This document shows, in pieces, positions 48,843-59,751 of a stretch of DNA of 63,529 nt. The notes below the pieces were generated by a model. That model saw only the letters and a list, made by a program, of their open reading frames with translations. It was not told where the DNA came from and made no database searches. Position numbers and translations under genes: made by a program. Numbering within the stretch: the stretch's first letter is position 1; every line of letters starts with the position of its first letter. Origin of the DNA: an uncultured Aminicenantes bacterium (lineage in GTDB: Bacteria; Acidobacteriota; Aminicenantia; UBA2199); the NCBI GenBank assembly GCA_965195285.1, contig CBDAFS010000006.1, positions 1-63,529 on the forward strand, given 5' to 3'.

Positions 48843-50789
48843 TTACAGAAATACCAAACTCAATAAATCCTGGAAATACAATCCCAGTTTGACGGCCATG
48901 TTTTTCAATCCTTTTTTCGATGTTTTAATGCTTTTCGAATTGTTAAATCGGTTCTTATCCAGGGGAATTTTGTTTTGGGGATCTAAGATTACATAATCCA
49001 GGGGGGAATCATTTTCCAATATAAACTTTTTCCAGTTCTCTCTTTCATTCCAGTAATATTTTATTTCTTTTCCATCTTTGAGCTTGATCAGTATTTCAAC
49101 CGGGAAATATCCTTCTCTTCGCATGCAAATAATTTCGTTTCGATATTTGGCGGGATTACGGTTGATTTTGGTAGATTCAATAAAAAAAACCGATTGATCA
49201 AGGTTGAGTTTGTCATTGATAAATTGATCAAAAGCCCAGGAATAATCCGCATTGAAAAACTGATTGAAAGCGTTGATAAAATCATTGGTCGTTGGATGTT
49301 TAATTTTGAATCTTTTGGCATAAAATCTGAAGAAATCAGTCATCTTTTTCTGGCCAACATGATTTTTAAGGCTTCTGAGTAAAATTCCGGATTTGTAGAT
49401 AGCATTTTTCCTGAATGAGGCTTGATTGACAAATTTCCAGGAATACTGATTGACCGGATCAGGAGATGGTAAGGAAAGATATTTCCAGCGGTAGTATTTA
49501 TCTATACTGACTCCTAAAAATATCCAATTGATATGATTTTTACTGTTCTGGGAAAATTTTTCCATAATCTCCATGTCAAAAAAAGCATTAATACCCTCAT
49601 CCAGCCATGCTTCTCTGACTTCATCCGTTCCGATGAAACCGTACCAGTATTGATGTCCGAATTCATGTATTGTCTTCAACTCTATTGGCATGGACAATTT
49701 GGGCAGCGGTTTCAAATGAGAGATGCAGATGAGTCCCGGGTAGGCTTGGTTACCTGACCGGATACCCTTTAGGGGGGGGGTAACCAAGGTGATTTTTTTT
49801 AATGGATAGGGGAAAATATTTTCCGCATAATATTTCATGGCGAATTTCAGGCTTTCGAGGTATTGGGTTTTTTTATTCTGGTCATCAGGTGATAACAGCA
49901 GAACAATGTTTGTGTTCTCTCTATTTCCGTTAAGTTTGATTTTTTCAGCTATTTCCCGGAATTCCGGGTAGGCTGTCCAGGCAAAATCATGAATATTTTT
50001 CTCCATGAACAAAAAGGTATAGGTGCCGTCCGCGTTTTTGATTTTCTTTTCCAGATTTCCAGTAGCACCAATTGTAAATTTTTCAGGGAGGGTAATGGCA
50101 ACTTCATAATTACTGAAATTGGCAAAAAAGCCAGAATCCCGGTGATACTGGTGGCAATTCCAACTTCCATCACTCTGGAGTACCCCGAGCTGGGGATACC
50201 ATTGGCTCATGAAGAAGAAGTCCTCAACCTGACCGGATTTGAAAATGATTTCCGGAATGCGCAGAACATAATCTATTTTTATGGTAATGGATTGGTCCGG
50301 TTTGATGGATTCCTTTAATCTTACTTCCATTACAGTTTTGTCATGGGAATTTTGATCATCAGGTGAGATGTATTTCATTTTTGGGGTCAATTCTTCCCCT
50401 TCCACGATTCTGATTTCATTGATCTTAATCTCACCGAACTGATGATTATCAAGTTCATGCTCGGTTTTTGCGAAATATTTTAATTCTTTTAGAAGGGTGG
50501 TTTTTTCATTTGCAAAAGCATTATAGTAGAGATGAAATCGGAGAGAAGTGATGTCGTATTTGGACTCATTGGTCCATTTGATGGTGGTCGATCCCAAAAG
50601 CTTTTTTTCCTGTGGTAGAAGTTGGGCCTCGATATTATAATGAAGTATAGTTTCCAGGGAGTGGATGGATATTTGATTGGAATGGGGAGTCTTATTTGAA
50701 ATTTTTGCTGAAGGCAGCGGGTATAGATTAATGAATAAAAGATTGAAAAGAATAACCAGAATGGGAATGAATGGTTTTTTTCGGGTCAT
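48843..50789 (-). CDS. M1-family (gluzincin) metallopeptidase, secreted
   Basis: QWYP, HDFAW, HEFGH...WLDEG; start ATG 50789 overlaps the galE stop. Confidence 0.88.
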   Translation of the reverse strand: MTRKKPFIPILVILFNLLFINLYPLPSAKISNKTPHSNQISIHSLETILHYNIEAQLLPQEKKLLGSTTIKWTNESKYDITSLRFHLYYNAFANEKTTLLKELKYFAKTEHELDNHQFGEIKINEIRIVEGEELTPKMKYISPDDQNSHDKTVMEVRLKESIKPDQSITIKIDYVLRIPEIIFKSGQVEDFFFMSQWYPQLGVLQSDGSWNCHQYHRDSGFFANFSNYEVAITLPEKFTIGATGNLEKKIKNADGTYTFLFMEKNIHDFAWTAYPEFREIAEKIKLNGNRENTNIVLLLSPDDQNKKTQYLESLKFAMKYYAENIFPYPLKKITLVTPPLKGIRSGNQAYPGLICISHLKPLPKLSMPIELKTIHEFGHQYWYGFIGTDEVREAWLDEGINAFFDMEIMEKFSQNSKNHINWIFLGVSIDKYYRWKYLSLPSPDPVNQYSWKFVNQASFRKNAIYKSGILLRSLKNHVGQKKMTDFFRFYAKRFKIKHPTTNDFINAFNQFFNADYSWAFDQFINDKLNLDQSVFFIESTKINRNPAKYRNEIICMRREGYFPVEILIKLKDGKEIKYYWNERENWKKFILENDSPLDYVILDPQNKIPLDKNRFNNSKSIKTSKKGLKNMAVKLGLYFQDLLSLVFL

Positions 50790-51784
50790 TTCACCTTCGT
50801 GGCTTCCAGCTTCTTTTCCCAATCCCAGGCGGTTTTCAATATATAGTCAAGATCGTCGTACCGGGGTTTCCAGTTCAATTCTTTTTTGATCTGTTTTGAG
50901 TCTGCTATTAGGGATGGAGGATCTCCTTCTCTTCTGCTGGAATGAATGACGCTGAAATCAATTCCAGTAATTCTTTTGACTCCCTGGACAACTTCTGAAA
51001 CCGAATAACCCTGACCATAACCGCAGTTGAAAACTCTACTTTCCCCTTTTTTTTTCAGATGGTTCAGAGCCAGTAGATGGGCACTGGATAAATCATCAAT
51101 GTGGATGTAATCTCTTACTGCGGTCCCGTCCCGGGTTTCATAATCGGTTCCGAAGATCTTTAACTGAGGGTAATACCCCAGAGCTGTCTTCAAGGCCAAG
51201 GTGATGAGATGGGTGGGCTTTTTATAGTTTTGCCCGATGCGCGAAAGGCTATCCGCGCCAGCAACATTAAAGTATCTTAGGGCAATATAGTTGAAATCCT
51301 TGGTGGTCCTGGAAACATCTTGCAACAATATTTCGGTAAACATTTTTGAACATCCATACGGATTGATGGGGTTTAATCGGGTTTCTTCATCGATGGGAAG
51401 TTTTTCGGGAATGCCATATACAGCCGCAGTTGAAGAGAATACGAAATTTTCTACTCCCTGTTCGATACAGGTGGAAATAAGGTTATGGGAATTAATGAAA
51501 TTGTTTTGATAGTATCTTAATGGATGGGAAACCGATTCTTCAACCACTATGAAGGCGGCAAAATGAATCACACTTTTAATATTGTAGTTCTTGATTACTT
51601 CAATCAAATCTGTTTTATCCCTCAGGTCTCCCTTGATAAAAGTTCCGTACAGAACCGCCTCTTTGTTCCCGGTTGACAAGTTGTCAAACACAATGGGATG
51701 ATAGCCCTGCTCTCCCAGGTCCCGAACCACATGACTGCCTATATAGCCGGCACCGCCGGTAACCAAAATGGTTTCTTTATTCAT
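50786..51784 (-). CDS. galE: UDP-glucose 4-epimerase
   Basis: TGGAGYIGSH, FSSTAAVYG, LRYFNVAGA, RDYIH. Confidence 0.96.
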   Translation of the reverse strand: MNKETILVTGGAGYIGSHVVRDLGEQGYHPIVFDNLSTGNKEAVLYGTFIKGDLRDKTDLIEVIKNYNIKSVIHFAAFIVVEESVSHPLRYYQNNFINSHNLISTCIEQGVENFVFSSTAAVYGIPEKLPIDEETRLNPINPYGCSKMFTEILLQDVSRTTKDFNYIALRYFNVAGADSLSRIGQNYKKPTHLITLALKTALGYYPQLKIFGTDYETRDGTAVRDYIHIDDLSSAHLLALNHLKKKGESRVFNCGYGQGYSVSEVVQGVKRITGIDFSVIHSSRREGDPPSLIADSKQIKKELNWKPRYDDLDYILKTAWDWEKKLEATKVK

Positions 51785-51835
51785 TTTTATTGTCCTGTAT
51801 TTGATTTCAGATAGAATGTCATTTAAGGCTGATTA

Positions 51836-52546
51836 CTAAATAGAGTTTTCTACAACTTTTACTTTCAGTTTTGATAAAAACTCGGTGATATTAATATTCT
51901 TGGGGCAAGCCTCCATACAATTGAATATGGTATGACACCGCCATATACCGTTTTTATCATTAATGATATCAATTCGTTCAATGGCCCCATCGTCTCGAGA
52001 ATCAAAAATAAAACGATAGGCTTTTAGCAGGGAAGCCGGTCCCAGATATTCGGGGTTACTCCATAAACTCGGGCATGAAGATGTGCAGGCACCACAAAGG
52101 ATGCACAGGACACTTTCACTGATGTCACTGAATTGTTCTGGTGATTGACTGAATTCCTTATCCGGTATTGATTTTTTCAAGATCAAGAAAGGTTTAATTT
52201 GTTTGAGTTTTTCGAAAAAATTATCCATATCAACTACCAGGTCTTTAATGATCCGGAATCCGGGGAGTGGTTCGATTTTCAGTTTTTTGGTTTTGAATTT
52301 ATGCATGGGGGTTTCACAGGCAAGTACATTTTGGCCATTTACTTTCATGGCACAACTTCCGCAAATTGCGCTTCGACATGATCTTCTGTAAGATAATGAT
52401 CCGTCAATATTCCAGCGAATCTCATTCAGAATATCCAGAATTGTGGAATCATGCTCTGCCTCCAACTGGTAAGAGAACCAATGGGGTTTATTATCTTTCT
52501 CAGGGTTGTATCTTAAAATTTTGACACTGATTTTCTGTTTTGACAT
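51836..52546 (-). CDS. sdhB: succinate dehydrogenase Fe-S subunit
   Basis: SCRSAICGSC, CILCGACTSSCP, CHTIFNCMEACP; start ATG 52546. Confidence 0.96.
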   Translation of the reverse strand: MSKQKISVKILRYNPEKDNKPHWFSYQLEAEHDSTILDILNEIRWNIDGSLSYRRSCRSAICGSCAMKVNGQNVLACETPMHKFKTKKLKIEPLPGFRIIKDLVVDMDNFFEKLKQIKPFLILKKSIPDKEFSQSPEQFSDISESVLCILCGACTSSCPSLWSNPEYLGPASLLKAYRFIFDSRDDGAIERIDIINDKNGIWRCHTIFNCMEACPKNINITEFLSKLKVKVVENSI

Positions 52547-52557
52547 CAAAAAACTCC

Positions 52558-54294
52558 TTAATACTTTCTTTCTTGAGGCGGGAAGCGATCCCAATATATG
52601 ATGACTTTTTTGGAATGATCGAGTTTTACGCCGGTTTCGGTTTTCCAGGCCATGGTATGCTTCAACCAATGCTCATCATCTCTCTTGGGATAATCTATGC
52701 GATAGTGGGCCCCCCTTGATTCCCTTCTGGCCAGTGCACTTTCAATTAATACCTCTGAAAAATCCAGAAGATTTCCCAATTCAAAGGCTTCAATAAGATC
52801 GAGATTAAAAACTTCACCTTTATCCTCGATGACCACCTGCCGGTATTTTTCCTGAAGTTCTTTAATCTTTTTCTTCATTATGAGCATGTCTTTTTCATTT
52901 CTGAAAACACCAAGGTATCGAGTCATATTTTCCTGGAGTTCCTCTCTTATCGGGGCATGTTTTTCCTTCCCCTTTCCATCAATTAACCGGGATATTTTTT
53001 TTTGGGCTTGATCCAGCGGTTCCGGAATTAAAGATTCATAGGAAGCGGATTTGGTAAATTCAGACATGCTCTCACCGGCAATTCTTCCAAAGGTGGTGGC
53101 TCCCTGAACCGAATTGGTACCCAGGCGGTTTGCTCCGTGAAGTGACAAACAGGAGGCTTCGCCAGCCGTATAAAGTCCCTTGATGATCTCACCATTCACA
53201 TTCCTGATGACTTCTGTTTTTATATTTGCCGGAATGCCACCCATGGAGTAATGAGCCGTGGGTTGAATGGCAATAGGTTCTTTGGTGCAATCGGTCTTGA
53301 TATAATTAAGCGCAAGCTCACGGACCTGGGGAAGTCTCTCCATGATTTTTGAATGGCCCAGGTGACGCAAGTCGAGGTGAACGCATGCTTCCCCGTTGAT
53401 TCCCCTTCCTTCGTTTATCTCGGTTTGCTCGGCTCTTGATACCACATCCCGGGGTGCCAATTCCATCTTTTCGGCAGCGTAATGTTTCATGAAACGTTCG
53501 CCTTTGTTATTGGTTATATAAGCGCCCTCCCCTCTTGCCGCTTCCGAGAGCAAAATACCGTGTTTGTAAAGTCCGGTAGGGTGAAATTGAACAAACTCCA
53601 TGTCCTCCAAAGGTAAATGGTTTTCCAGAATTAAACCCAGGCTGTCTCCGGTATTGGCAAAGGCGTTGGAAGAAATTTTGAAGGCCCTTCCGTATCCCCC
53701 TGTTGCCAGCAGGACCGCTTTGGAATGAAAAATATGCAGGCCGCCATTTCTGATATCCCAGGCCACAACGCCTCGGGAGATATTATCCTTGATCAGAAGG
53801 GAAAAGACCTGGTATTCATTGAAAAAGTGGACATGATGCTTCAGGCATTGCTCGTACAAAGTGTGAAGCAGGACATGTCCGGTTATGTCAGCTGAAAAAC
53901 AGGCCCGGGGTGAACTGTGGCCGCCGAAAGGTCTTTGGTTGATTTTGCCGTCCCCGGTTCTGGAAAAAGGAACACCCATATGTTCAAATTCGTAAACGGT
54001 TTTAATGGATTCATTGACAAACAATTCAATGACATCCTGATCTCCCAGGTAATCACTTCCCTTTATGGTATCAAACATATGAAGTTCAGTGGAGTCCTCG
54101 GCAACATTGGCCAGTGCGGCGGCGATACCTCCTTGGGCTGCGCCCGAATGGGACCGGGTGGGATAAACTTTGGTAATAACTCCCACTTCCTGATTGTTTT
54201 TGGCGAGTTCCAGTGCGGCTCTCAAGCCCGCCAGACCGGCCCCGACTATAACTGCGTCAATCCGATGATAATGCTTTGCTTCTTCAATTTTCAT
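52558..54294 (-). CDS. sdhA: succinate dehydrogenase flavoprotein
   Basis: [36 protein letters not shown]. Confidence 0.97.
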   Translation of the reverse strand: MKIEEAKHYHRIDAVIVGAGLAGLRAALELAKNNQEVGVITKVYPTRSHSGAAQGGIAAALANVAEDSTELHMFDTIKGSDYLGDQDVIELFVNESIKTVYEFEHMGVPFSRTGDGKINQRPFGGHSSPRACFSADITGHVLLHTLYEQCLKHHVHFFNEYQVFSLLIKDNISRGVVAWDIRNGGLHIFHSKAVLLATGGYGRAFKISSNAFANTGDSLGLILENHLPLEDMEFVQFHPTGLYKHGILLSEAARGEGAYITNNKGERFMKHYAAEKMELAPRDVVSRAEQTEINEGRGINGEACVHLDLRHLGHSKIMERLPQVRELALNYIKTDCTKEPIAIQPTAHYSMGGIPANIKTEVIRNVNGEIIKGLYTAGEASCLSLHGANRLGTNSVQGATTFGRIAGESMSEFTKSASYESLIPEPLDQAQKKISRLIDGKGKEKHAPIREELQENMTRYLGVFRNEKDMLIMKKKIKELQEKYRQVVIEDKGEVFNLDLIEAFELGNLLDFSEVLIESALARRESRGAHYRIDYPKRDDEHWLKHTMAWKTETGVKLDHSKKVIIYWDRFPPQERKY

Positions 54295-54307
54295 TTACTG
54301 CCTCTTT

Positions 54308-54670
54308 TTATAAATTTGCCGTCTTGAAAATGGTTAACATGCCAATAAAGAACAAACTGAATGCGACGATAAGAATAGTGCTGAACAATCCTATTCTGAC
54401 CAATTTCACCTGGATATAGTCTTCAACGATGCTCCAGATTCCGTTGAATCCATGGTATACGGCAATTAAAAGGAAAATAAACTGCACTAGATTAAACCAG
54501 GGTGATTTCATTTTTTCAACGATGTCCGCATGCTTAATAATACCCATACTGATGAAATGATAGGTGATGAAATGCAAAATCAGAAGTACAAAAAGAATGA
54601 CAGCTGAGATCCTTTGCAGTAGCCAGCCCCTGGCACCGCTCTTAGAGGTTTCCTTAAAATTTTTTTTCAT
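54308..54670 (-). CDS. sdhD: succinate dehydrogenase membrane anchor
   Basis: WLLQRISA, H...G....EDY; 3 TM. Confidence 0.9.
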   Translation of the reverse strand: MKKNFKETSKSGARGWLLQRISAVILFVLLILHFITYHFISMGIIKHADIVEKMKSPWFNLVQFIFLLIAVYHGFNGIWSIVEDYIQVKLVRIGLFSTILIVAFSLFFIGMLTIFKTANL

Positions 54671-54679
54671 GTTATTGTC

Positions 54680-55054
54680 CTAATTAATATGAGTAATGAT
54701 AATGTAACTTCCGGTTGCCCACATAATGAAAGCAATGGCAATGAGTAGGAAAAATATTTTCTTTTGCGCAAATGAGCCTTTAAAAAAATCAACAATGATA
54801 ATTCGGACACCGTTAAAGGCATGAAAGAGAATAATACCCCATAATCCAACTTCCAAATATTTAAATAGGGGGGAATTCAAAAAATTCATTATGGTGTCGA
54901 ATTTTTCAGGCCCCTGGGTTAGCGTATTGATTACCCATATATGTAAGGTGATATAGAAAACCAGGGCCAGGCCTGATAGACGGTGAAGGATCCATGCCCA
55001 GGATCCGATAAAATTATAGTAACTCAGATCATAAATTTTTGTTCTTTTATACAA
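54680..55054 (-). CDS. sdhC: succinate dehydrogenase cytochrome b subunit
   Basis: WILHRLSG, HAFNGVR; 3 TM. Confidence 0.9.
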   Translation of the reverse strand: MYKRTKIYDLSYYNFIGSWAWILHRLSGLALVFYITLHIWVINTLTQGPEKFDTIMNFLNSPLFKYLEVGLWGIILFHAFNGVRIIIVDFFKGSFAQKKIFFLLIAIAFIMWATGSYIIITHIN

Positions 55055-55182
55055 TGTTTTCCTCCATTTTGATAAAAGACTTTCAGTATAATGTGAATTT
55101 CATTCTAATTCTTTCTGGTTATTTATGCAACAGGATATTTGATTTCTAAAAAATAAAATTGTTTTATGTTATAGTATCCAAA

Positions 55183-56331
55183 ATGAATGGTCAGGAAATA
55201 TTTGAATTTCCCGAACCGGACAGAATCCATCTCGATATTAACCTGGCCAAGGCTCGATGGCTTATTCGGATCAGATGGATTTACAGTTTTTTTATCCTTG
55301 TATTTTTTATTGTTCATACTTTTATACTCAATAAAATATATATCAATTTCCCGATATTCTTTTTCATACTTTTTCTCTCCATTCTGGGAAATGCCATCTT
55401 CATTCTATACCTGAAAAAAAATAGTGCATTGATATCTGGGAATCTTAAGTTGCTTGCGTATCTGGCAGCCATTCAGCTGGCATTTGATTTTATGGTTCTA
55501 TTTTTGTATGTGATATTTTCAGGAGGGTTTGAGAGTCCGGTACTGGTTTTGTTTATTTTTTATATTTTGGTATCCACATTTGTCATACACCACAAAAAAG
55601 CCTTGCTGTATACCATTGCTACGGTTATTCTAATTACGGTTATTTTTTTTCTGGATCAGGGGTTGGTTGTATCCTCGCCAAAATTGGCCAACCTGGTGAC
55701 CTTCGATATTCTCCTGGTTTTTTCCTTTTTGATATCTTCTTTTCTCTCCAGTAATATGAAGGAGAATGAAATATTATTGCAGCGACTTTTCAATCAAACC
55801 AGAGAATTATCCATTACCGATGGCTTAACCTTTTTATACAATCAGACCTATTTTTTCGAAAGGTTGAAACAGGAGATCCAACAATCCAAACGGTATAAAT
55901 ATCAGCTTTCTGTCATTATCCTGGATGTCGATGATTTCAAAAAGTACAATGATGCCAACGGTCATATTTATGGTTCAAAGGCCTTAAAGCAAATCGGATC
56001 GATCATGAAGGCGATGTTCAGATCCAGTGATATCCTGGCCAGATACGGTGGGGATGAGTTCGTGGCGATGTTGCCCCATACCGATAAGGTGGGGGCTTTT
56101 TTGGCTGCTGATCGCTTGAGGGAAATAGTCGAGCAGGAAAGCTTTGGGGGAGAAGAGAGTTTACCCCGGGGGAAGATTACTATCTCGCTGGGGGTTACCA
56201 GTTTTCCGGATTTCGGTGATAGTGTCGAGGGGGTTCTAAGTTATGCGGATAAGGCATTGTATCATGCCAAAAAACTGGGGAGAAACAGAACGATTTTATA
56301 TTCTGAAGAAATAGAAGAAAACAACTCTTGA
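55183..56331 (+). CDS. membrane diguanylate cyclase (GGDEF)
   Basis: About 6 TM; DGLT, RSSD I-site, RYGGDEF; start probably ATG 55183. Confidence 0.93.
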   Translation: MNGQEIFEFPEPDRIHLDINLAKARWLIRIRWIYSFFILVFFIVHTFILNKIYINFPIFFFILFLSILGNAIFILYLKKNSALISGNLKLLAYLAAIQLAFDFMVLFLYVIFSGGFESPVLVLFIFYILVSTFVIHHKKALLYTIATVILITVIFFLDQGLVVSSPKLANLVTFDILLVFSFLISSFLSSNMKENEILLQRLFNQTRELSITDGLTFLYNQTYFFERLKQEIQQSKRYKYQLSVIILDVDDFKKYNDANGHIYGSKALKQIGSIMKAMFRSSDILARYGGDEFVAMLPHTDKVGAFLAADRLREIVEQESFGGEESLPRGKITISLGVTSFPDFGDSVEGVLSYADKALYHAKKLGRNRTILYSEEIEENNS

Positions 56332-56371
56332 GTACAATATATTTAAAGTCAACCGGCGCATTTCTCTTTTC

Positions 56372-56400
56372 TTGACAATTTAAAATTTTTTTTATATGAT
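56372..56400 (+). promoter_or_regulatory. sigma70 promoter of pepD
   Basis: TTGACA-17-TATGAT. Confidence 0.65.
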
Positions 56401-56539
56401 GAACTTTCGCATTTCACTTGCGTAAAAAACAGAATGAGGTGAGTATTCTCTAACTAGGTTTTGGCATTATTGAAACAGATTTGTTTTCAAAAAAAATCAT
56501 TTCAAGGGAATGTATTGACTCCCCATTAAGGAGAAGCAT

Positions 56540-57991
56540 ATGAATTTTGAACATGAAAAAACAAATGATATTTTGAAGTGGTTTGAAGAGATTAGCAAGA
56601 TTCCACGATGCTCGAAGAAAGAAGAAAAAATTTGTCAGTGGCTTATGAATTGGGCCAAAGAAAATGATTTTGATGCCAAAATGGACAACACCGGAAATAT
56701 ATTGATTAAAGTGCCGGCATCCCCAGGGTATGAAAATTCTCCCGGGGTCGTTATTCAGGGGCATGTGGATATGGTATGTGAAAAAACCCCGGACTCAACC
56801 CATGATTTTAACCAGGATCCGATAAAGCTAATCTATGACGGTGAATGGTTGACCGCTGATAAGACTACCCTGGGTGCTGACAATGGTATTGCCATTGCCA
56901 TGGCCATTGTTGTGGCCCTTGATAAAGACATACAACATCCACCGCTTGAGCTTCTCTTTACGGTTGATGAAGAGACCGGTTTAACCGGAGCCAATACCCT
57001 CGAACCGGGATTTATTGAAGGCAAGATATTATTAAATGTGGATTCAGAGGATGAAGGTTATTTTACGGTTGGTTGTGCCGGAGGAATTAATACCTATCTG
57101 TCATTACCCTTGAATTTTTCAGAGGCGAATCCCGCGATCAAGCATTTTAAATTAAAGGCAGGTGGTATGAAAGGCGGACATTCCGGGATTGATATAAATG
57201 CTGAAAAAGCCAATGCCATTAGGATTTTGGGCAGAACGCTTCTACATGTCAAAAAAGAGATTGATATTTATCTGACAGATATCAAGGGAGGAAGTGCGCA
57301 TAATGCCATTCCCAGGGATGCCGAAGCATCCTTTTTCATGTCCCCGGATGGATTCGAAAAGGCGAAATCCCTGATCGCCGAGAGTGAAAGTATTTTTCGA
57401 AATGAATTCTGCACTACCGATCCGGATATTAAATTAATTCTGGCTGAGGATAATACAAATCCATCCAATACCTTGTCCACTGAAGAATCCCAGAAGGTCA
57501 TTGAATTCACTCTGGCCGTTCCGCATGGTGTGTCTGCCATGTCAGCAGATATTGAAAATCTGGTTGAAACATCTAATAATTTTGCCAATATAAAAATTGA
57601 AGACAACATTCTGAAAGTTCTGACCAGTCAGAGAAGTTCAATTGTATCCCGTTTACAGGGACTGACCCAGGGTGTTGAAGCCGTAGCCCGGATTGCCGGT
57701 GGTGCTGCGCATAGCGGAGATGGATATCCTCCCTGGCAGCCCAATATGGATTCTCCCCTTCTGAAAAAGAGCACCGAATTATATGAAAGACTTTACAACA
57801 AAAAGCCTGTGGTTGAGGTCATCCATGCGGGACTGGAATGTGGTATCATCGGGGATAAATATCCGGGTATGGATATGATTTCAATCGGTCCGACCCTGAA
57901 GTTTCCCCACTCCCCGGATGAAAAAATTCATATCGGATCTATTGGAAAAGTTTGGGATTTCATGCTGGCTTTACTGAAGGAATTGAAGTAG
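56540..57991 (+). CDS. pepD: aminoacyl-histidine dipeptidase (M20C)
   Basis: QGHVDMV, TTLGADNG, DEETG, HAGLECG, HSPDE. Confidence 0.96.
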   Translation: MNFEHEKTNDILKWFEEISKIPRCSKKEEKICQWLMNWAKENDFDAKMDNTGNILIKVPASPGYENSPGVVIQGHVDMVCEKTPDSTHDFNQDPIKLIYDGEWLTADKTTLGADNGIAIAMAIVVALDKDIQHPPLELLFTVDEETGLTGANTLEPGFIEGKILLNVDSEDEGYFTVGCAGGINTYLSLPLNFSEANPAIKHFKLKAGGMKGGHSGIDINAEKANAIRILGRTLLHVKKEIDIYLTDIKGGSAHNAIPRDAEASFFMSPDGFEKAKSLIAESESIFRNEFCTTDPDIKLILAEDNTNPSNTLSTEESQKVIEFTLAVPHGVSAMSADIENLVETSNNFANIKIEDNILKVLTSQRSSIVSRLQGLTQGVEAVARIAGGAAHSGDGYPPWQPNMDSPLLKKSTELYERLYNKKPVVEVIHAGLECGIIGDKYPGMDMISIGPTLKFPHSPDEKIHIGSIGKVWDFMLALLKELK

Positions 57992-57993
57992 TT

Positions 57994-59751
57994 CTATTTG
58001 ATTTTGTATTTGTCCAATTTTTGATAAAGGGCCGTCCGGCTAATTTGTATTTCTTTTGCCACCAGGGTTTTGTTCCATTTGTGTTTTTCCAGTAATTCAA
58101 TGATTCGTTGTTTTTCGGTTTTGATATTCGATACGGGAGTTGGTTTTCGTTCCTGGTAAAAATGTTGAATGGATTCCTTTAGCCTCGAAAGATGAATCAT
58201 CTCATTATTATCGGCCAGTGAAATTACTTTTTTTATTTCATTCTGGAGTTCGCGGATATTGCCTGGCCAATCATATAATTCCAAGGCGGTAATGGCTTCC
58301 TGGGAAAAACCCCTGATGGTTATTTGGTTTTCATGGGAAAAGAGTCTGACAAAATAATTGATCAGGGGAACAATGTCTTCCTTTCTTTCTCTCAGGGGTA
58401 ATATTCTCAGGGTGACATGATTGAGCCGGTAATACAAGTCTTCTCTGAAAATATTAGTTTTCACCATTTCTTCTATATCGGTATGGGTTAAACAGATGAT
58501 TCTAAATTTTACCCGGATCGGCTGGTTACCGCCAATTCGATAAAATTGTTCTTCCTGGATGGCCCTGAGCAGTTTTTTTTGCAGACTCAAGGGCATATCT
58601 CCGATTTCATCCAGGACCAAAGTACCCCCGGATGACAATTCCAGTTTTCCTTTTCTTTGATTTTTGGCATCCGTGAATGCGCCTTTTTCATGTCCGAACA
58701 ACTCAACTTCCATCAGATTTTCGGGTATGGCTGCGCAATTCAAGGCAATAAAATTCCTTGACTTTTGTTTGGAATGAAAATGGATAAACTTGGCAATCAA
58801 TTCTTTACCGGTGCCGGTTTCTCCCTCGATGATCACAAACAGATCGCTATTGGCGATTTTCTTGCATTTGGACAAAAAATTGAGCATGATTTGATTGTTG
58901 GTGATGATATGGGGAGAGAATTGATCCCCACTTTCAGACAGGGGTTTATTTTGCTGGATAAGCGAGTCAATGATCGAAATTTCCACTGATAAATCCTTAA
59001 GGAATTCAATCTTTTTTTGGATGATTGGTTTTTTGGTTTTCTGTAAATAAATCATTAACATGGAGCGGGAACTCAAAACAAAGGGGAAAGAGCAAAAATG
59101 AAAGGATTCGGTAATTTGTTCATTGATATGGGTTTTTTCAAAAATATTTTCGAATTGAAATATTTCGAATAAAACCGGATAGTAGGTTTCATTATAATTC
59201 CATTTTGACTCGATGATGTTATTGCTGTTCTCCCGGGTGATTAAGACCAGGCACCCATTTTCCAGTGTTTGATCAAATACCGGAGTGGCAAAAATAAACA
59301 TATCGCTGAATTCTTCCAGTTTAAAACCGATCTGGAGCATTTCAATCATGGGCTCGGTATATAACAGGTTAATCGCTTCTTGGGTCTTGTCTGCCTGGGT
59401 GGTTAAAATAGTTGAGATTCGGTTTAAAATCGGCTGTGCCTTTTTGGATAGAATAAAGTCCTGGGGATTCCCCTGCTTGAGAAAAATATTGATGTACCCG
59501 ATACGGAAATGCTGATTGATTTTTATTTTTGATTTTAGAATTTTTTTGGTTTCGATAAATATACCGTTTGTGGAACCAAGGTCTTCAATAAAAACATGGT
59601 CCTTAAAGACGGTTATTCTGGCATGTTTTTGGCTAACAAGTGATTCATTTAGAAGGAAATCACTATTGGCTGACCGTCCGATGGTGATGGTCTTTTTGAT
59701 CAGGGGAAATTTTTTTATGAAACCGCTTTTTAGATATAACAGATACAGCAT
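57994..59751 (-). CDS. FHA-domain sigma54-dependent enhancer-binding protein
   Basis: FHA IGR..VS..HA..DLGSTNG; GETGTGKE, GAFTDA, LDEI, WPGNIREL, Fis HTH; start ATG 59751 after TTGACA-17-TACAAT. Confidence 0.92.
   Translation of the reverse strand: MLYLLYLKSGFIKKFPLIKKTITIGRSANSDFLLNESLVSQKHARITVFKDHVFIEDLGSTNGIFIETKKILKSKIKINQHFRIGYINIFLKQGNPQDFILSKKAQPILNRISTILTTQADKTQEAINLLYTEPMIEMLQIGFKLEEFSDMFIFATPVFDQTLENGCLVLITRENSNNIIESKWNYNETYYPVLFEIFQFENIFEKTHINEQITESFHFCSFPFVLSSRSMLMIYLQKTKKPIIQKKIEFLKDLSVEISIIDSLIQQNKPLSESGDQFSPHIITNNQIMLNFLSKCKKIANSDLFVIIEGETGTGKELIAKFIHFHSKQKSRNFIALNCAAIPENLMEVELFGHEKGAFTDAKNQRKGKLELSSGGTLVLDEIGDMPLSLQKKLLRAIQEEQFYRIGGNQPIRVKFRIICLTHTDIEEMVKTNIFREDLYYRLNHVTLRILPLRERKEDIVPLINYFVRLFSHENQITIRGFSQEAITALELYDWPGNIRELQNEIKKVISLADNNEMIHLSRLKESIQHFYQERKPTPVSNIKTEKQRIIELLEKHKWNKTLVAKEIQISRTALYQKLDKYKIK

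Noticed and set aside
56460-56480. sigma54 promoter TTGGCA upstream of pepD
   Set aside because: No GC at the -12 position
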